DNA of 64,000 nt from Camelus ferus. Its lineage: Eukaryota. Positions 27,481-40,829 of this stretch are shown piece by piece. The translations under genes were made by a program, and so were the position numbers. The stretch is from positions 31,808,001 through 31,872,000 of the forward strand of contig NC_045697.1 in NCBI RefSeq assembly GCF_009834535.1, in the 5' to 3' direction. The notes beneath the pieces are model-generated. The model was not told the DNA's origin, did not search any database, and worked only from the letters and a program-made list of their open reading frames with translations. The first letter of the stretch is position 1; each line of letters opens with the position of its first letter.

Positions 27481-29189
27481 TTAAGATTTTCCCATTTTAA
27501 AACAAATGCTTATTTTGCAATATCCTCTGAAACACATTTTTTTTTTTTTTTTGTAAATTTAGACCAATACAAAAGGCTTTTCTACATTAACTGGATAGGC
27601 ACAGACAAGAAATCAGTACGGTTTAAAGGAAAATTTTATATTTAAATGTGAATTCCACTTTAAAATTTATAGAGTGAAAATCACTAGGAAAATAGGTAAG
27701 ACGATGTAGAATTACGCAGAGAGGAAATGGAGAGGACAAAGGAATTATCTTAGGACTCATGACTTGTCAGATACTATAACTCCCAAATATCAGAATTAGA
27801 TTTGTTTAATAAGGCACATTTAAGACTGAACCTTTCAGTGATGTGTGCCTCTTGATCAGGAAAAGTTTCCGACATAAGGCCAGGAATTTCTGCTAAGAGC
27901 TTTTGGAACCTTATTAAATAATGAGTAGCTTCTGTCAAGGTTAGATGCCTTGAACTTTTCATGCCACTTTATATTTCACTTTATTCTAAGCCTAATATTT
28001 CAATAGCAGCAGCAACATCAATCTCCTTTTCTGACATTAAAGCCTTACAGATTAAAAGTAAAAGATTGTAAGTTGGTGTTAATGAAACTATTAAAGATGA
28101 AAAAATGTATTGGTAACATCTTGTACGTAAATCAATCAAATGACTGTAAAAAAGGAATCTGCACTAGGAATGCATTTGGAAAGCCACATTTAATTACAAG
28201 ATATATTAATAACTATCCATTAAAAGCTTGAAGATAGAACTTTTAAAATATAGGCAGCATTAGTAAAAGAATATGCTCCCAATATGCATTTTGAATAACT
28301 CTCCATGAAGTGCTGAAGACACAGGAGTCCCAGAAATGAATAGTCTGCTTTGACTTTATATAGCTCAGTGAAAGTGATCTGGGGGGATCCCTCTTTGTTC
28401 CCTTTATAAAACTTTAAACAAGTATGTGTGATTTGAATGAAAAATTCAAACACATGCGTTCCTTTTAGGATAAAAAATTTCCATAACAAAGAACTAAACT
28501 AGGGCTACAGTTACTCAATAATAAAGACTATATCTAAAGACCACTAATTAATCAGAAATTATGATTTACATTATAATTGATTTTAATACAATTGTGACTG
28601 CATTAGAAAAGTATAAAAAACATGTTTAATCAATGACTAAAGACTCACAACTCTTTTGCTTGAGTGGCTGGCTGTTCCATTTGCTTTTAATAAATTGTGA
28701 CTATTTTGCAAGCAAACCTGCAAGGTCAAGGCCAAAGGTCAAATAGAATACCGAGAATATTCTGATTTTGTAGATCAAAGAGCAAATGACGATGGTTAAT
28801 GTTTGCTTTTTATTGGTTTTGTTCTAACAATTTTTATCATTTTTGTTTTCAATAGCAAAAATATACATATAATTAGAAAAGGCTTTATAATCAAAATCTT
28901 CAGTATTATGTGTCTAAATTGTTCTACCCTTTAACCACTTTATTAATAACAAAAAGATTGTTTTATAATTCAATTTCTGGTAAGACAAGTTTTATTAAAA
29001 ATATTAACTTTTAGTATAGTGCATTCTAGAGAACTCAAAGTAATTATAAGAAAAAATGAATTAAATCCACATCACTTTTATTAGTACTATATATTTATAG
29101 AAAACTACCAGAAAATATGGCATTGTGACTACAGAACATACCCTGCTCTCATGTAATACAGCCTAGAAGGGACAGAAAAAGAAATGGAG

Positions 29190-30850
29190 GAGATTTAATC
29201 AAGATGGCAGGCCATTTTTTTTAATCTGTTACAAAACCTTTAAAATGTTATCTTGAAGGTGGAGGAGAAAGAGAATAAATGAACTAAATCCTTGACAGTT
29301 CTAGAAAGCATGAAAACTGTCATGAACAGAACAGATACTGGGAAAATTCTGGGTGACCAAAAGCAGGTGGGATCAGTCTAAAATAAGAGTAGGGAAAAAC
29401 ATTAGCTTGACACATTCACAGGAAAAAAGAAAAGAGAAAAAATGATTAAGTAGAACTCAAAACCCAGAGTAAATTAATAAAAGAGATGGAAGAAATCTTG
29501 GGTTAATCATCAGAAGACCTGGGTCTTGCATATAAGGCTGGGCTGTCCATTTCACTAAGCAGAAAGCAGCAGAGGCACTGAACCCAGGGCAAAAACCTGA
29601 CAGCTCTCTAGAGGATAATGAGAATAATTACTTCAGTGGATGAAGGATTGGGGCTTTGAAGTGATTCCAGATCTTTGCCATCCATCAGTGAGAGAGTGGG
29701 CAGGGTTGGATGGGACTCTAAAGAACAAAGGAGATGCTCCCAGCCAAAACAGAAACAAACAAAAATCTCTCCTTGATTTGACTGCAGGTGAGAGTTGAGT
29801 ACTGTGGAGTTGGGAAGGACTCAGCTTACATGCTAGTTAAATATCAATTCATTCTAAAGTAAGGTCATCCAGTCAAGACACAACCCCTCTCCCATTTGAG
29901 GCAGAGCCCAGGCACTGAAATACACTGTTGGGCAAAGAAATCTGAAACTCTGCTAGGTGAAACCCATGCCATCTACTTACTTAGCAGTCTAGTCATTCAT
30001 CATTAATATAAACAGAAAGCAAAAATTAATAGGCATCTTTACATAAATAAGAGCATTAAAGAGAGAGACTTGGATAAACAACAAAAGTGTTTTTGCCTGA
30101 AAAGTAGAAGAGAATTTAAAAATTCTATTTAGAATCCTCAGAGAGAAAGGAGAGAATATTGAATATTTAGAGAGTTGACAACTGATAAAAAAACATTTCT
30201 TTGGAAGTAAATATTTTCTGTAAAAAGTAGACTAAGTGATAAAATGAACACATAGAAAAACAGGGCTAAAAATCAAACTAGTACTCTGAAATAAAATGTC
30301 ATAGACACTTCTTAGAATTTGCAACAAAGTGATATATAGATGAAGTGTAAGTTAAGAATCAATCCAGCATGTCCGTATCTGACTATCAGGAATTCTTAAA
30401 AAGAAAGATTGGAGTGAAAGCAGTGGCAATAAAAAAAAAAAAAAAAAGAAATTATAAAAGAAAAATGTTCATAGGTTATAATAAACAGAGATACCTTTCA
30501 GATTGAAAGTGCTACTGAGTTCCAAACAACGTAAATTAAGAGAAAGTCATACCTAAATGCATCTCAGTGAATTTTCAGAATTTCAAGGGTAAAGAGAGGG
30601 TCCTAAAAACTTCCAGAGGGAAATAAAGCATCCTACAGACAAAAGTTTAAGAAGAAATTTGAACTTGAAAATTTCAACGACCAATCTGATTTCTAGAAGA
30701 CCATGAAGCAAAACTTTGGAAGGTTTTAGGAAAAAATAGCTTGAACTTAGAGACCTACTCCTAGTTATCTTAGCATTCAAATATAGGATATTTGTGGAGA
30801 CACTCAAACAAAAGTTCTCATTGAAAGTATTTGTCAATATTATACTTCAG
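29190..30850 (+). mobile_element. Old L1ME/L1M5 5' UTR-ORF1 remnant
   Basis: atcaagatggcag start; A-rich ORF1-like stretch ctttcagattgaaag...tcagtgaattttcagaa...cctaaaaacttccagaggg. Confidence 0.55.
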
Positions 30851-30867
30851 CAAAAATGAAAATCAGC

Positions 30868-31900
30868 TCATTCATTTGTCAGTTTAATAAATTTAATAAA
30901 TATTTATTGAGAGCCAATACATGGAAGACATCTTGCTAGAAATATGGAGAATGTACCATGAAATTTAATTTATCTAGTGATAAAGATGGATATTCACTTA
31001 ATATTCACACAAAATAATGCAGAATTATACTGAGATAAGAGCTGTGTAAACTGGTAACATGATAATATATTTTGGGAAATCACATTTTCCAAAACGTAAA
31101 GGATGGGCTTTTCTCAGGAAGCCATCATGAAGGTAAAACAATTATAGGAGGTACTGGGTGAGCAGGGGAGGAGGAGCAAGAGGTTAAGAGCATGAGCAAG
31201 GTCCTATTTGCAGTGAAGTGTGAAAAGTTGCAAAAACTAAATAAAGGCAGCACAGGTGGAGCACAACCCAAGTTGAATCCCAGAGGCTGATGAGTGCCAG
31301 ATAGTTCAAGTTCTTGTCAGGCACCACAAAGAAATTTAGTATTTGTCCAATGAGAAAAAGGAGTGCAACAAAGCAATTTAAACCGAGGAGTACAACAAAG
31401 CAATTTAAGCAGGTAGGGAACAAGAGCAAATTTGTATTTTGTAACAATCACCCTGAAATGAGAGAGGAATGGCTTGGCAGGGGACTGTGTGCAGGCAGAC
31501 AGAGCAGCAGCAACTAGAAGCCTTTCCCTGTTTCCCAGGTGAGAGATGAGGACACATTAGCATAAAATGCTGGTGGTGGTGATGGTGGTGGTGGTGATGG
31601 AAAGAAGTGAAAAATATCGGAGAATTTTAAAAAGTAAAAGCCAATAGGAACTAGTGAAGAATTGTCTGTGGGTAAGAAGACAGGGTTGTCAGGGAGATCC
31701 TGGAGGTATCAGTGGTGACACTTAGGTTTATGGCCTTTCGAATGGATTGGATGGTTCTATCATATTGAAATAATAGATATTGGAAGAGAACTAGGTTTAT
31801 GAAAAAATAACCATGAATTTGTTTGTGGTAAACTTACTGAATTTAGACAGTTGACTATATCCAAGTAGAACCTCAGGTAAGCTTTTAAACACATACATGT
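30868..31900 (-). mobile_element. L2 LINE fragment
   Basis: tcattcatttg...aaatatttattgagagcc (reverse complement of the L2 3' end); ccaggtgagagatgagg; ggaagagaactaggttt. Confidence 0.7.
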
Positions 31901-32453
31901 CTGAAGCCCTCAGAAAAAGAAGCTTCGCCTCTTTTTTTTAAGAAAGATAAAGAATATAAGAAAAATTCTTGAAAAAAGAAATCAGTAAGTCATAATATAA
32001 ATATGGTTATATTAGCCATCTGGAACTAGCATCAAATGATTACAAGAGGGAAAGCGAGCAGGCTGAGAGAAAGTCATAACATACTAAGGATACTGTCTTG
32101 CTGAAAAGACTATAGATGTTAATTCTATATATTGTTGGGAATTATGTGAAGCATGTGTTAAAAATTTTAAACTACTAGAAGAATAAACATACAAAGCATG
32201 CATGTAATAATTACAAGAAAAAACAAAATGGAACAAAGTAAGTGAACAATAAAACAATTTACTATGAATTGTCAAAGATAAAAAAAATCAAATGAAAACA
32301 GTACTTTGAAAATTATGAGGAGAATATTTATCAATAAATGACTAATGAGGTAAAAATCCCTGAATGACAGAGGTAAAAAATAGTAGCTGAACATTTTTTT
32401 TTTAATATTTGGATATTTTAAAACAATCTTCTAATTAGTTTTTGGGTTAAAGA

Positions 32454-33380
32454 CAAGGTAGATTTCATGGGTTTATCATCTGTGCAGTTACACAAATCCT
32501 GAGGTTTCCACACTCAGGATTACCTCATGCTTGGTTTAATGCTTTGCCATGACTGTCTTAAAATAAGAATTTACTCTTTAAACTTGTGTTTTGTGAGTGA
32601 AGCCCACTAGGACAAGGGAGCATACGTGTGAGCAGAGGAGATAAGCAGAATTGTCCCAGTTCCTTGTCACTCTATTTGCAGATGGCATTTGGATGCCTCA
32701 TGACTGTAAGAGTTGAGTGAGACTCAAAGCAAGTATAGACATCTTACCTTAACACTGGGTAAGGGGGGCAGGAAGAGAAGGGTGCAGTTCTGACAGCCCC
32801 TAGAGGTCATGCTCTCAACCAGAACTCACTTGAATGCAGAAGGAAAGCAATGGCACTCCAAGTAATGAGAAGGACCAAGGAATCCTACCATATCCTTCCT
32901 TAGTCATCATTATGCTAAAAATAATAGCATAGGAAGAAAAGGAAAAATAGGGAAATCCCTAGTTCTTTTTTTCTTTCTGTTCTGTAGTCATTAGTAAGGC
33001 AAAGTGGTGTGCTGGCAGAATGTGGGCATATCAAGAAGTGGAATAAAAGTGTTGTTAATTTTGTGCAATATTTTTGCTCTTCTAGTAGGAAAATATACAT
33101 ATGCATGTATGGGCACGGGAACACCCATTGTGTAATTCTGGTGATTCTGCTTACCAGTTTCATGCTCTAATATTCACATCTAAAATTGCAATTGCACAAT
33201 ATAAACAATAAAATTCATGCTAATAATTTAAAACTTAACATTTTCTTTATTTAGGCCAGCATTTAATAGCAAATAAAAACATCGATGACAAGTTGTGAGA
33301 GTGACCACAGAAGAAAGGAAAAAGTTTTATATTTTAGAACCTCCAGTGGCTCCCTTTTTTTTCATTTGGCACTGGGTCAT
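32454..33380 (+). mobile_element. MER45B/C-like hAT-Tip100 DNA transposon inserted into old L1
   Basis: ttcatgggtttatcatctgtgcagttacaca...gcttggtttaatgctttgcc...aacttgtgttttgtgagtgaag...gtgtgagcagaggagata...ttcatttggcactggg. Confidence 0.75.
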
Positions 33381-33384
33381 GAAA

Positions 33385-35590
33385 CTTAGATCAATAAAAG
33401 ACTTTAACCAATTTATGTTAAAATGTAAGCTAATTAGGCTACTAAATACTAAAATGCCACATATCACCCAAACTGATTCTCAGAGTAAAAAACAATGCAT
33501 CCTTAAATAGACTTAATATAAAAATTTAAAAAAGAATACACATAAATGAACTGAGCATACAACTCAAGGGACTGGAATATAGCAAAATAACCCAAAATGA
33601 ATAGGAGCTTAATACAGAAGACAGACAGAAAGTAACAAAGAAGGAAACAAAAATCTGTAGAAAATAAATACAATGAAAGATGACTTAAAAATAGACAATC
33701 TTGTGGTATATCTGATAAAAAGAAAACAGAGAATCATTTATTATCTGTAGGGAATATATGAGAAAACTGAATCATTTATCATGATAATGATGATCATTAA
33801 TTCCAAGGAAGTGAGAATAAATAGAGAATCAGAGAGAATTTAAAGTGATAAAAATATACTATTTTAAAACTTATATCAAAAAATCTTAATGTTCTAAAAT
33901 AAATATATATATACATAAATTACCAATTCTGAATTACTGAAAAATAGAAAACATGAGCAGATGTATATAAATAATTTTTTTTAAAGGAAATAAGTTCAAG
34001 ATCTAATCCTAACAAGGAAGCATATGCAAATGTTTTATAGCAAAAAAACCTCTGAGGAAATAAGATCTATGTTACACAAACTGATCCAAACAATAGAAAA
34101 TAAGAAAAGTTTCCTAATCAATTTTGTAGCATCGATAACTCTGATCTTAAACCCAGAAAAAAATACACAGGTAAAGAATATTGTGAGGTTATCTGCTTTC
34201 TGAACCCAGATGTAAAAATCCTAAATAAAATGTATAGAACTTTAATCCAAAAATGTATCAGAAGGATAATGTATCATGACCAAGTAATATTTATTTTAAA
34301 AATGAGAGACAATTCATCACCACAAACTATATATTACATTATAAGATAAAATGAGGAAATAATATAATCATCACAAAACATATAAAGAAACATTAGATAG
34401 AATACAACACCCACACTTGATTAATTTTTAAATGGCAAACCTAGATATTGGAAGAAAATCAATTTCTTAATTTGATAGTGAGGTATCAAAACTATTTCTA
34501 TGAAAGTCAAAATTAAGCCCAAAGCACCTGCTATTATTACTTCCATTCAATTTTTTTACTGAAGGATACGGTCAATAAAATAAAAAGTAAGGAAAATTAA
34601 GTAGAAATATTGCAATGGGATTTAAAAAAATCCTTATTTTGGGTGATCTGATATGATCTAGGACAGCTGAAAAACTCTTAAAAAGTGTTTCAAAAGGAGG
34701 CTGGATAGAAGATTAACACACAAAAATCAACAGCTTTCCTCTGTATTAGCAATGCTAACTTTTAAAACGTATTATAGGAAATAGATCGCATTCAGTGTAG
34801 CAACACAAATTTCAGAATAACTGGATAAGTTCAACAAGAGGTATATGAAGAAAAGCATAAAACTTTGGGATTATTGGACTTCATTGAGTGACCTAGAGAA
34901 ACTGAATAAATGGAGAGAAACACCTACTAGAATATATTGTAGAGATAATTATTCTAAAATAAATGTATAAATACAATGCAAGGTCAATACAAATCTCAGT
35001 ATTTTATGTAACTTGTCAAACTTACATTAAAATAACTTGGAAAATTATATATACAAGAATAACCTACAATATTTTGAGATGTCCAAAAAATATGAAGAAC
35101 TTGCCTTCCTATATATCAAACTATACTTTAAAACTTTACCATGATTTTGACAGTGTGACAAATTGTGTCAATTAAATGCAATGGAAAGTGCAAAAACCAA
35201 ACCATGGTCTATATACAATTGGTGTTTCAATTCAGTGGGGAAAGAATGCAGACTATTCAATGAATTGTGTTAAGGCTATCTATTCGGAAAAATATTTACA
35301 CCTCACATTATATATGTATTCTAAGTAAACACTAGATGAATTAAATAAACAAATATAAAAAGCTATTAATATACTCAAAGAAAATATATACGTCTTGAAA
35401 ATGATTTTATATTGGTTAATACAACTCATAAAACTCAGAATCAATAAAGTATGATAGATTTGATTTATAAAATATGAAATTTCTATAAAATACAAAATTT
35501 CTACAAAATATAACATTTCTATAAGATAAAAGGTTCCAACACAAAATTGAAGGCTAGTGACCAAATAAGGAAATAACTCTCAACATATAG
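33385..35590 (+). mobile_element. Highly decayed L1ME ORF2 remnant
   Basis: A-rich strand with ORF2 relics: gatgtaaaaatcctaaataaaat, tatcatgaccaagt, caaaaatcaacagctttcct, aataaatggagaga, ttcagtggggaaagaat...ctattcaat. Confidence 0.7.
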
Positions 35591-38500
35591 AATGTATTCT
35601 GACCCAATCAGAGAAACCAAGTTGTCTGGCTGATGGAGATCAAAAGATCACATTTATTAATAATAAAATCATTGGAAGACATAGTATTAAGTGTAGGAGC
35701 CTAACCATTTTGCTATCACTGCACCCCAGAATTAAACTTACTTATCAGATTATAGGCAGAACTGAGCAATTACAGACACCCTCCCATACCCCACACACAC
35801 ACCCCCCTCATGGGGGCCTGACATCTCTAAACTTCATGCATAGATGAGCAAAACAAAATGTATCTTTCCTGGAAGTAATCAAATCCAAAACAAAACACAA
35901 AAACAAACAAACAAACAAAAAACAGTAAAAAGCTAGGAGGAAACATACCAGTCTAATAAGGGTAGTTTCTCCAGGGAGAAGAGCCTGGTACTGGGAGCAG
36001 TGAAGGGGAGCTTTCCTTATATGCTTAAAATTTTAAATTTACAATGACTATGCTTGCATTACTCACAATGAGTATATTTGCATTACTTAAAAGAGCAGGT
36101 GAGGAGACATGGCTTCAAGTCTCAGTTCTGCCAGCCACTGGCAGAGGGACCTTCAAGAAGGAACTCCATCAATTTTGGACCACAATTCATTATTGCTTCA
36201 ATGGCTAAAAACATTATGAGTGATTCCTTTCACTGCTAAATATTACAAACATCCCAGCAGAATATGGGGACTGAGGGCACAGTGTTTCTGACTGGCAAGG
36301 CCTAGTTCCATCCCCTAGACTCAAAACTGCCTCCAGCCACAAGCCCACAGCATGTGTGCAGTGTCCACCGCTGCAGGCAGTCAAGATGAAACTGTTCCAC
36401 ATTCAGTACCCAGGTTATTGAGGTCTCTGTCTAGGGCCTCACGTGGATTGATGACAGGGAAGGAACACTCTCTGTGCCGCGACCCAAACACTGCAGCACG
36501 GTGGTCCTTGGTCAGACTTGCCCTGGTGGACAGAGGCCACTCCCATTTCTCATCCATTCATCCTCAGATAGACTGATAGCTTCTAACTGAGAAGGAATTG
36601 TGTCTGGACTGGGTGCCACAAGCTCAGGCTATCAGACAGACGGGCTTGGGTCCAAGCTCACACTTAACCACATCTTAGCTACAGGTGACCCTAAGGAAGT
36701 TACTCAAACATCTCCCTATGGATTCTTTCCATCTGTGAAGGGCTGTTGTAAGATTACACAGATGTGCTATTCAGGTAAAGCACTTTTCACATCGTAGGCT
36801 TACATTATTATTCTAAGACTTTGAAGATAAAAATAACAATAATGATCACCCAAAACGGTCCTCTCCTAAGAGCTGTGCTTTACAACTCTGTGAGGTAGAA
36901 TATTCATGCCTACACTTCTCATGAGAAATCTGATACTTGGGGATGGCAGGGGACTGGATTCTAATACCTGTGTTGTCACCTCACAGCTGTGCAACCTTGA
37001 ACAAGTTACTTGAACTCTCCGTGTGTTGGATTCCTTATATGTAAACTAGAGATTAAAATTGTCTTTTACAAAGTGCTTTGGTCTTGCGCTCAGTAAGCAC
37101 TCAATAAATATTGTTCACTATGTAACTCATTAATTCTTTAAATGCACTGCAAATGATGAAGTACGATATGAAAGATGCCTCATGTTATATAATCTCTTTC
37201 ACGTACTTGATCAATATCATCTTTTCAGTGGGTTTGACCCTGACTACCCTATTTCAAGTAGTAATCCACCTCCACTTCTGTCTACCTGATTCTCATCCTG
37301 ACTGAGAAGTCCTCCCACATCCTTCTCCTCTGTCCTATGTTACTGGAATACAAAATTGTTTTCTCACCAAATACATTTCAACACGTACAGTTAATGTTTT
37401 TTAAACAAATGTGTATTTCTTTAGTTCTGTGGAGGGGGTAAAACTGTCTGCACGTGCCACTTACGTCAACTGCTCCATCAGCACTGAACATGATATATTA
37501 AAACTCCTGTGTAGCGGAAACCAAACACCCACTGCTTGCTACAGGAAACCTAGCATAGTGCTGAAGAATGAAGTTGCTTTGCCTAAGGAGTTTTATTAGG
37601 TTCACCAAACTTGGGGAATGGCTTTCTGCTGAGTTGCTAGCAGTATGAACACAGGCAGAGGAAGCAGGGATGAGAATCAGAGGTAGAAAGACCAGGCTGA
37701 GATGATCACTGTTGACCTGTTTGGTGACATCAGAAGTGGCATTCAAGAGACCAGTATTGAAGGAAGCCCCCAGGAAACCGTGATAGGTTAAGAAGTCCTA
37801 TGTCCATTACAAAGCTTTACTCTTTGAGTATAAAAGGTGAACATAGTCTTTAAGAAGAGGCTCCACTTAGCTTTCTTAGGCAGAAAATTTCTCAGTCACC
37901 CCAGCAAATATCCCTGTGATATTCACTAATTCTTCTGTGAAAACAGTTTCTGATCACTGCCATAATTGTCATACAGTCATTACATTCAGTGCTTAACCAA
38001 AGGCACTATTGCTAACTGTTTTTACAACAGTTTTACTGAATCAGTACCAACTGGTGTCATCACATATTTGCCCCGTGTTTCTTGGCACCAGCGAGCAGGG
38101 GAAGTAATTACCTGGGAGCAGGGCCACAGGGACCTTCAGAGAACTGCACCACCACCAGAATGCATCTTAATGAGCAGCCTTTGAATCTGCACCTCCACCA
38201 CCCATCACTGCTTCCATAAAATGGTGCATTCCCTAATTAGGATCATCGTATCAGGCTACAAGATAGAATTACTGTTTATTGAAAACTGAAAAATAACCCT
38301 AAATCAGAAGTTTGATATGCTCCAAAAGTATGATGTATGCAAATTTTTCATCCGAAAAGAAAAAAGATCTTGTCTAGGAGTGGAATAATTGGGATGCAGT
38401 TATTGAAGCCTGTACCTCTCAACTTTCACTGATCCACTGTCCTGCCTTTTCATTCATTTGTCCTCATAAAACTCAACCGGAATCTCTCCCAATTATAAAT

Positions 38501-39137
38501 ACCACAACTACTGAAGAAAGCAAAGACTTTATCATCACATTAGGAATCAGAGATAAGACTAGGGAGGATATGTTTATTTCTACAGTGTTTGTCAGCTCAG
38601 ATTTGATGACTGATGTCAAGACAGGACATTCCAAATCAGTTGAAGGTCCATCTTTAATCCACTATCTAAGTCTCTAGGGAGTATAGGAAGGTTTATTTGT
38701 TTGCTTGTTTATTAAGAGGCATTCAGTTCCTTTGCATGTGGATTCTGTTTGAGGGTTTGCTATTTTAAAAACAGCATGCAATTTCTGTTTAAGTGTCCTA
38801 ATAAAAAAATTAAAACAAAAGGATAAAAATGTGTTTGTTCTGGAAACTTGGATATTTTTACCCCCTCACAAGCAATGATATTTAATGATCTGATAAAATG
38901 AGTTTTTTCTGAAGGGTTTTTATTATGCATACATAGCAGGGCTTGCTTTAAAATGGCTTCTCTGGCAATGAGAAACAGAAAAGAGACGTGATGGGCCAGA
39001 GAACTTAATAAAAGAATATGAGATTCAGAATTCCTGTTCAAAGACAAGATACTCACTGAGGAATATCAGGTTCAAATATGATTCCCATCTCTTTGAGTTC
39101 ACTCTTCAAGCCAGTAAACATTTTATTTAACAGACTT

Positions 39138-39168
<31 letters not shown>

Positions 39169-40519
39169 GGAGTCATTTCTCTTTCTTTCATGTTATATAA
39201 AATAAAAACATAAGATTATGAATGAAAAGCAAAAAACAAAAATAAATGTATGAGCAGAGGCACATTAAAGAGCCTGGACAGACCGGGCAGTGAAAATGTA
39301 AAGCTGGATGGCTACAGAAGAATTACAACAAGAGACCAACGGAGACGACGCAGTTCTAACTAACTCTTAAGAGTTGAAAGCAGTAAAAACAGAAAGACCA
39401 GAAGGCAAGTTAACCTCTCCAAGCTCAATTTGAGATCTATCTGAATGCCCAACATATATTTATTTCTCAGCATTGTGTAAATATTACAACAATCAGATAG
39501 CAGTTATCTCTTCTCTTTGCTTCATAATTCTTTTAAAGCATCTTCAGTGAATCTGAACCCTTTAAGTCTGGGGAATGGGGAGTTGCTGTAGGTATAAAAT
39601 TTCAGTCATATAAGAGGACTAAGTTCTAGAGATCTACTGTACAACACTGTGATTGTAGTTACTCATCTACTGTACACCTTTGCTGAGACAGTATGTCTCA
39701 TGTTATCTGTTCATACCACATTTTTTAAAAGGCATTTTGGAACGTCAGATGACCCCTGTAATGAGCCTTTCCAGTTCCCTAACCCTCTGGGTGTACCTGT
39801 GGCAGTGAAACAATGCTGAGGCATTTTTCTTTATCTTATACATTTACCCCCTATTAGTCACAGTAGTTTTGTTTGAAAGCAAGAAAAAGGTAATCTGGAA
39901 AATGCTTTTATAAAATAACCAAGAAAAAAGTCTTATCAAATGAGAATATATATGTAAGTGACTAGGAAATTACGAAGGAGTTGGCCATAAAAATAAGGGG
40001 TTTTTTACTGATATTTCATTACTATTATCTGCCTCAAAGAGCACCTATCTACTGTTTGTTTTGATAATCATATAGAAAAAAACTGTTACTAAAAAATCAC
40101 CATAGGGTTTTGATTAAATCTGATAAACAAATGCTAGAAGGAGGAGATACATTCAAGTAGGGGATAAATTTACAAATTTCTTGTGGTAATATGGAGACGG
40201 GAAGACAGGGAGGAGAGGGACCACTTTTTGTCTTTTAAGATATGCTTGGAGGCTGGGACTGCAGCCAGACTCTCAGCAGTTCAGTTCCAGGAGAGCTTCC
40301 ACTTGGAGTTTAAAGAGAGGAAAGCTTGCTCTCTGGATGTGGGCAGAGAGGCAGTGTCACCATCAACTGAAGTGACAGCAGGACCAGGCAGGTGGGCAAG
40401 TTGCACTGCAGCAGAGACACAGCTCGCCAGTCATCTAAAGGCAGACACGTCTTTATCAGATTCATAGTTTTCCTTAACTAATTTGAGACTTAGAGGAAAT
40501 GAAAACTTACTACTGAAAA

Positions 40520-40760
40520 ACATATTTTCTGAAGTGTTGTCAATTTACAATGTTAGTTTCAGGTATACAGCAAAGCAATTCAGTTATACATATACATACA
40601 TACATACATACATATATATTTTTTCAGTTTCTTTTTTATTATGTCACATTATAAGAAATTAAATATAGCTCCCTGTGCTATACAGTAGGCCTTGTTTCTT
40701 ATCTATTTTATATATAGTAATGTGTAGCTCTTAATCCCAAACTCCTAAACTATCCCAATT
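40520..40760 (-). mobile_element. L1 3' end, 5'-truncated
   Basis: gaagtgttgtcaatttacaatgttagtttcaggtatacagcaaag...ccctgtgctatacagtaggcc...ttaatcccaaactcctaa; similar to the copy at 17855. Confidence 0.82.
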
Positions 40761-40829
40761 CAATATTTTTAGACCTCAAGCCTAAATTAATCAATGGGGT
40801 AATCAATATTTTGGCCACCCTCTTGGAAA

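Noticed and set aside
39142..39168. A27 run as the tail of a processed pseudogene
   Set aside because: No recognisable upstream retrocopy or convincing TSD.
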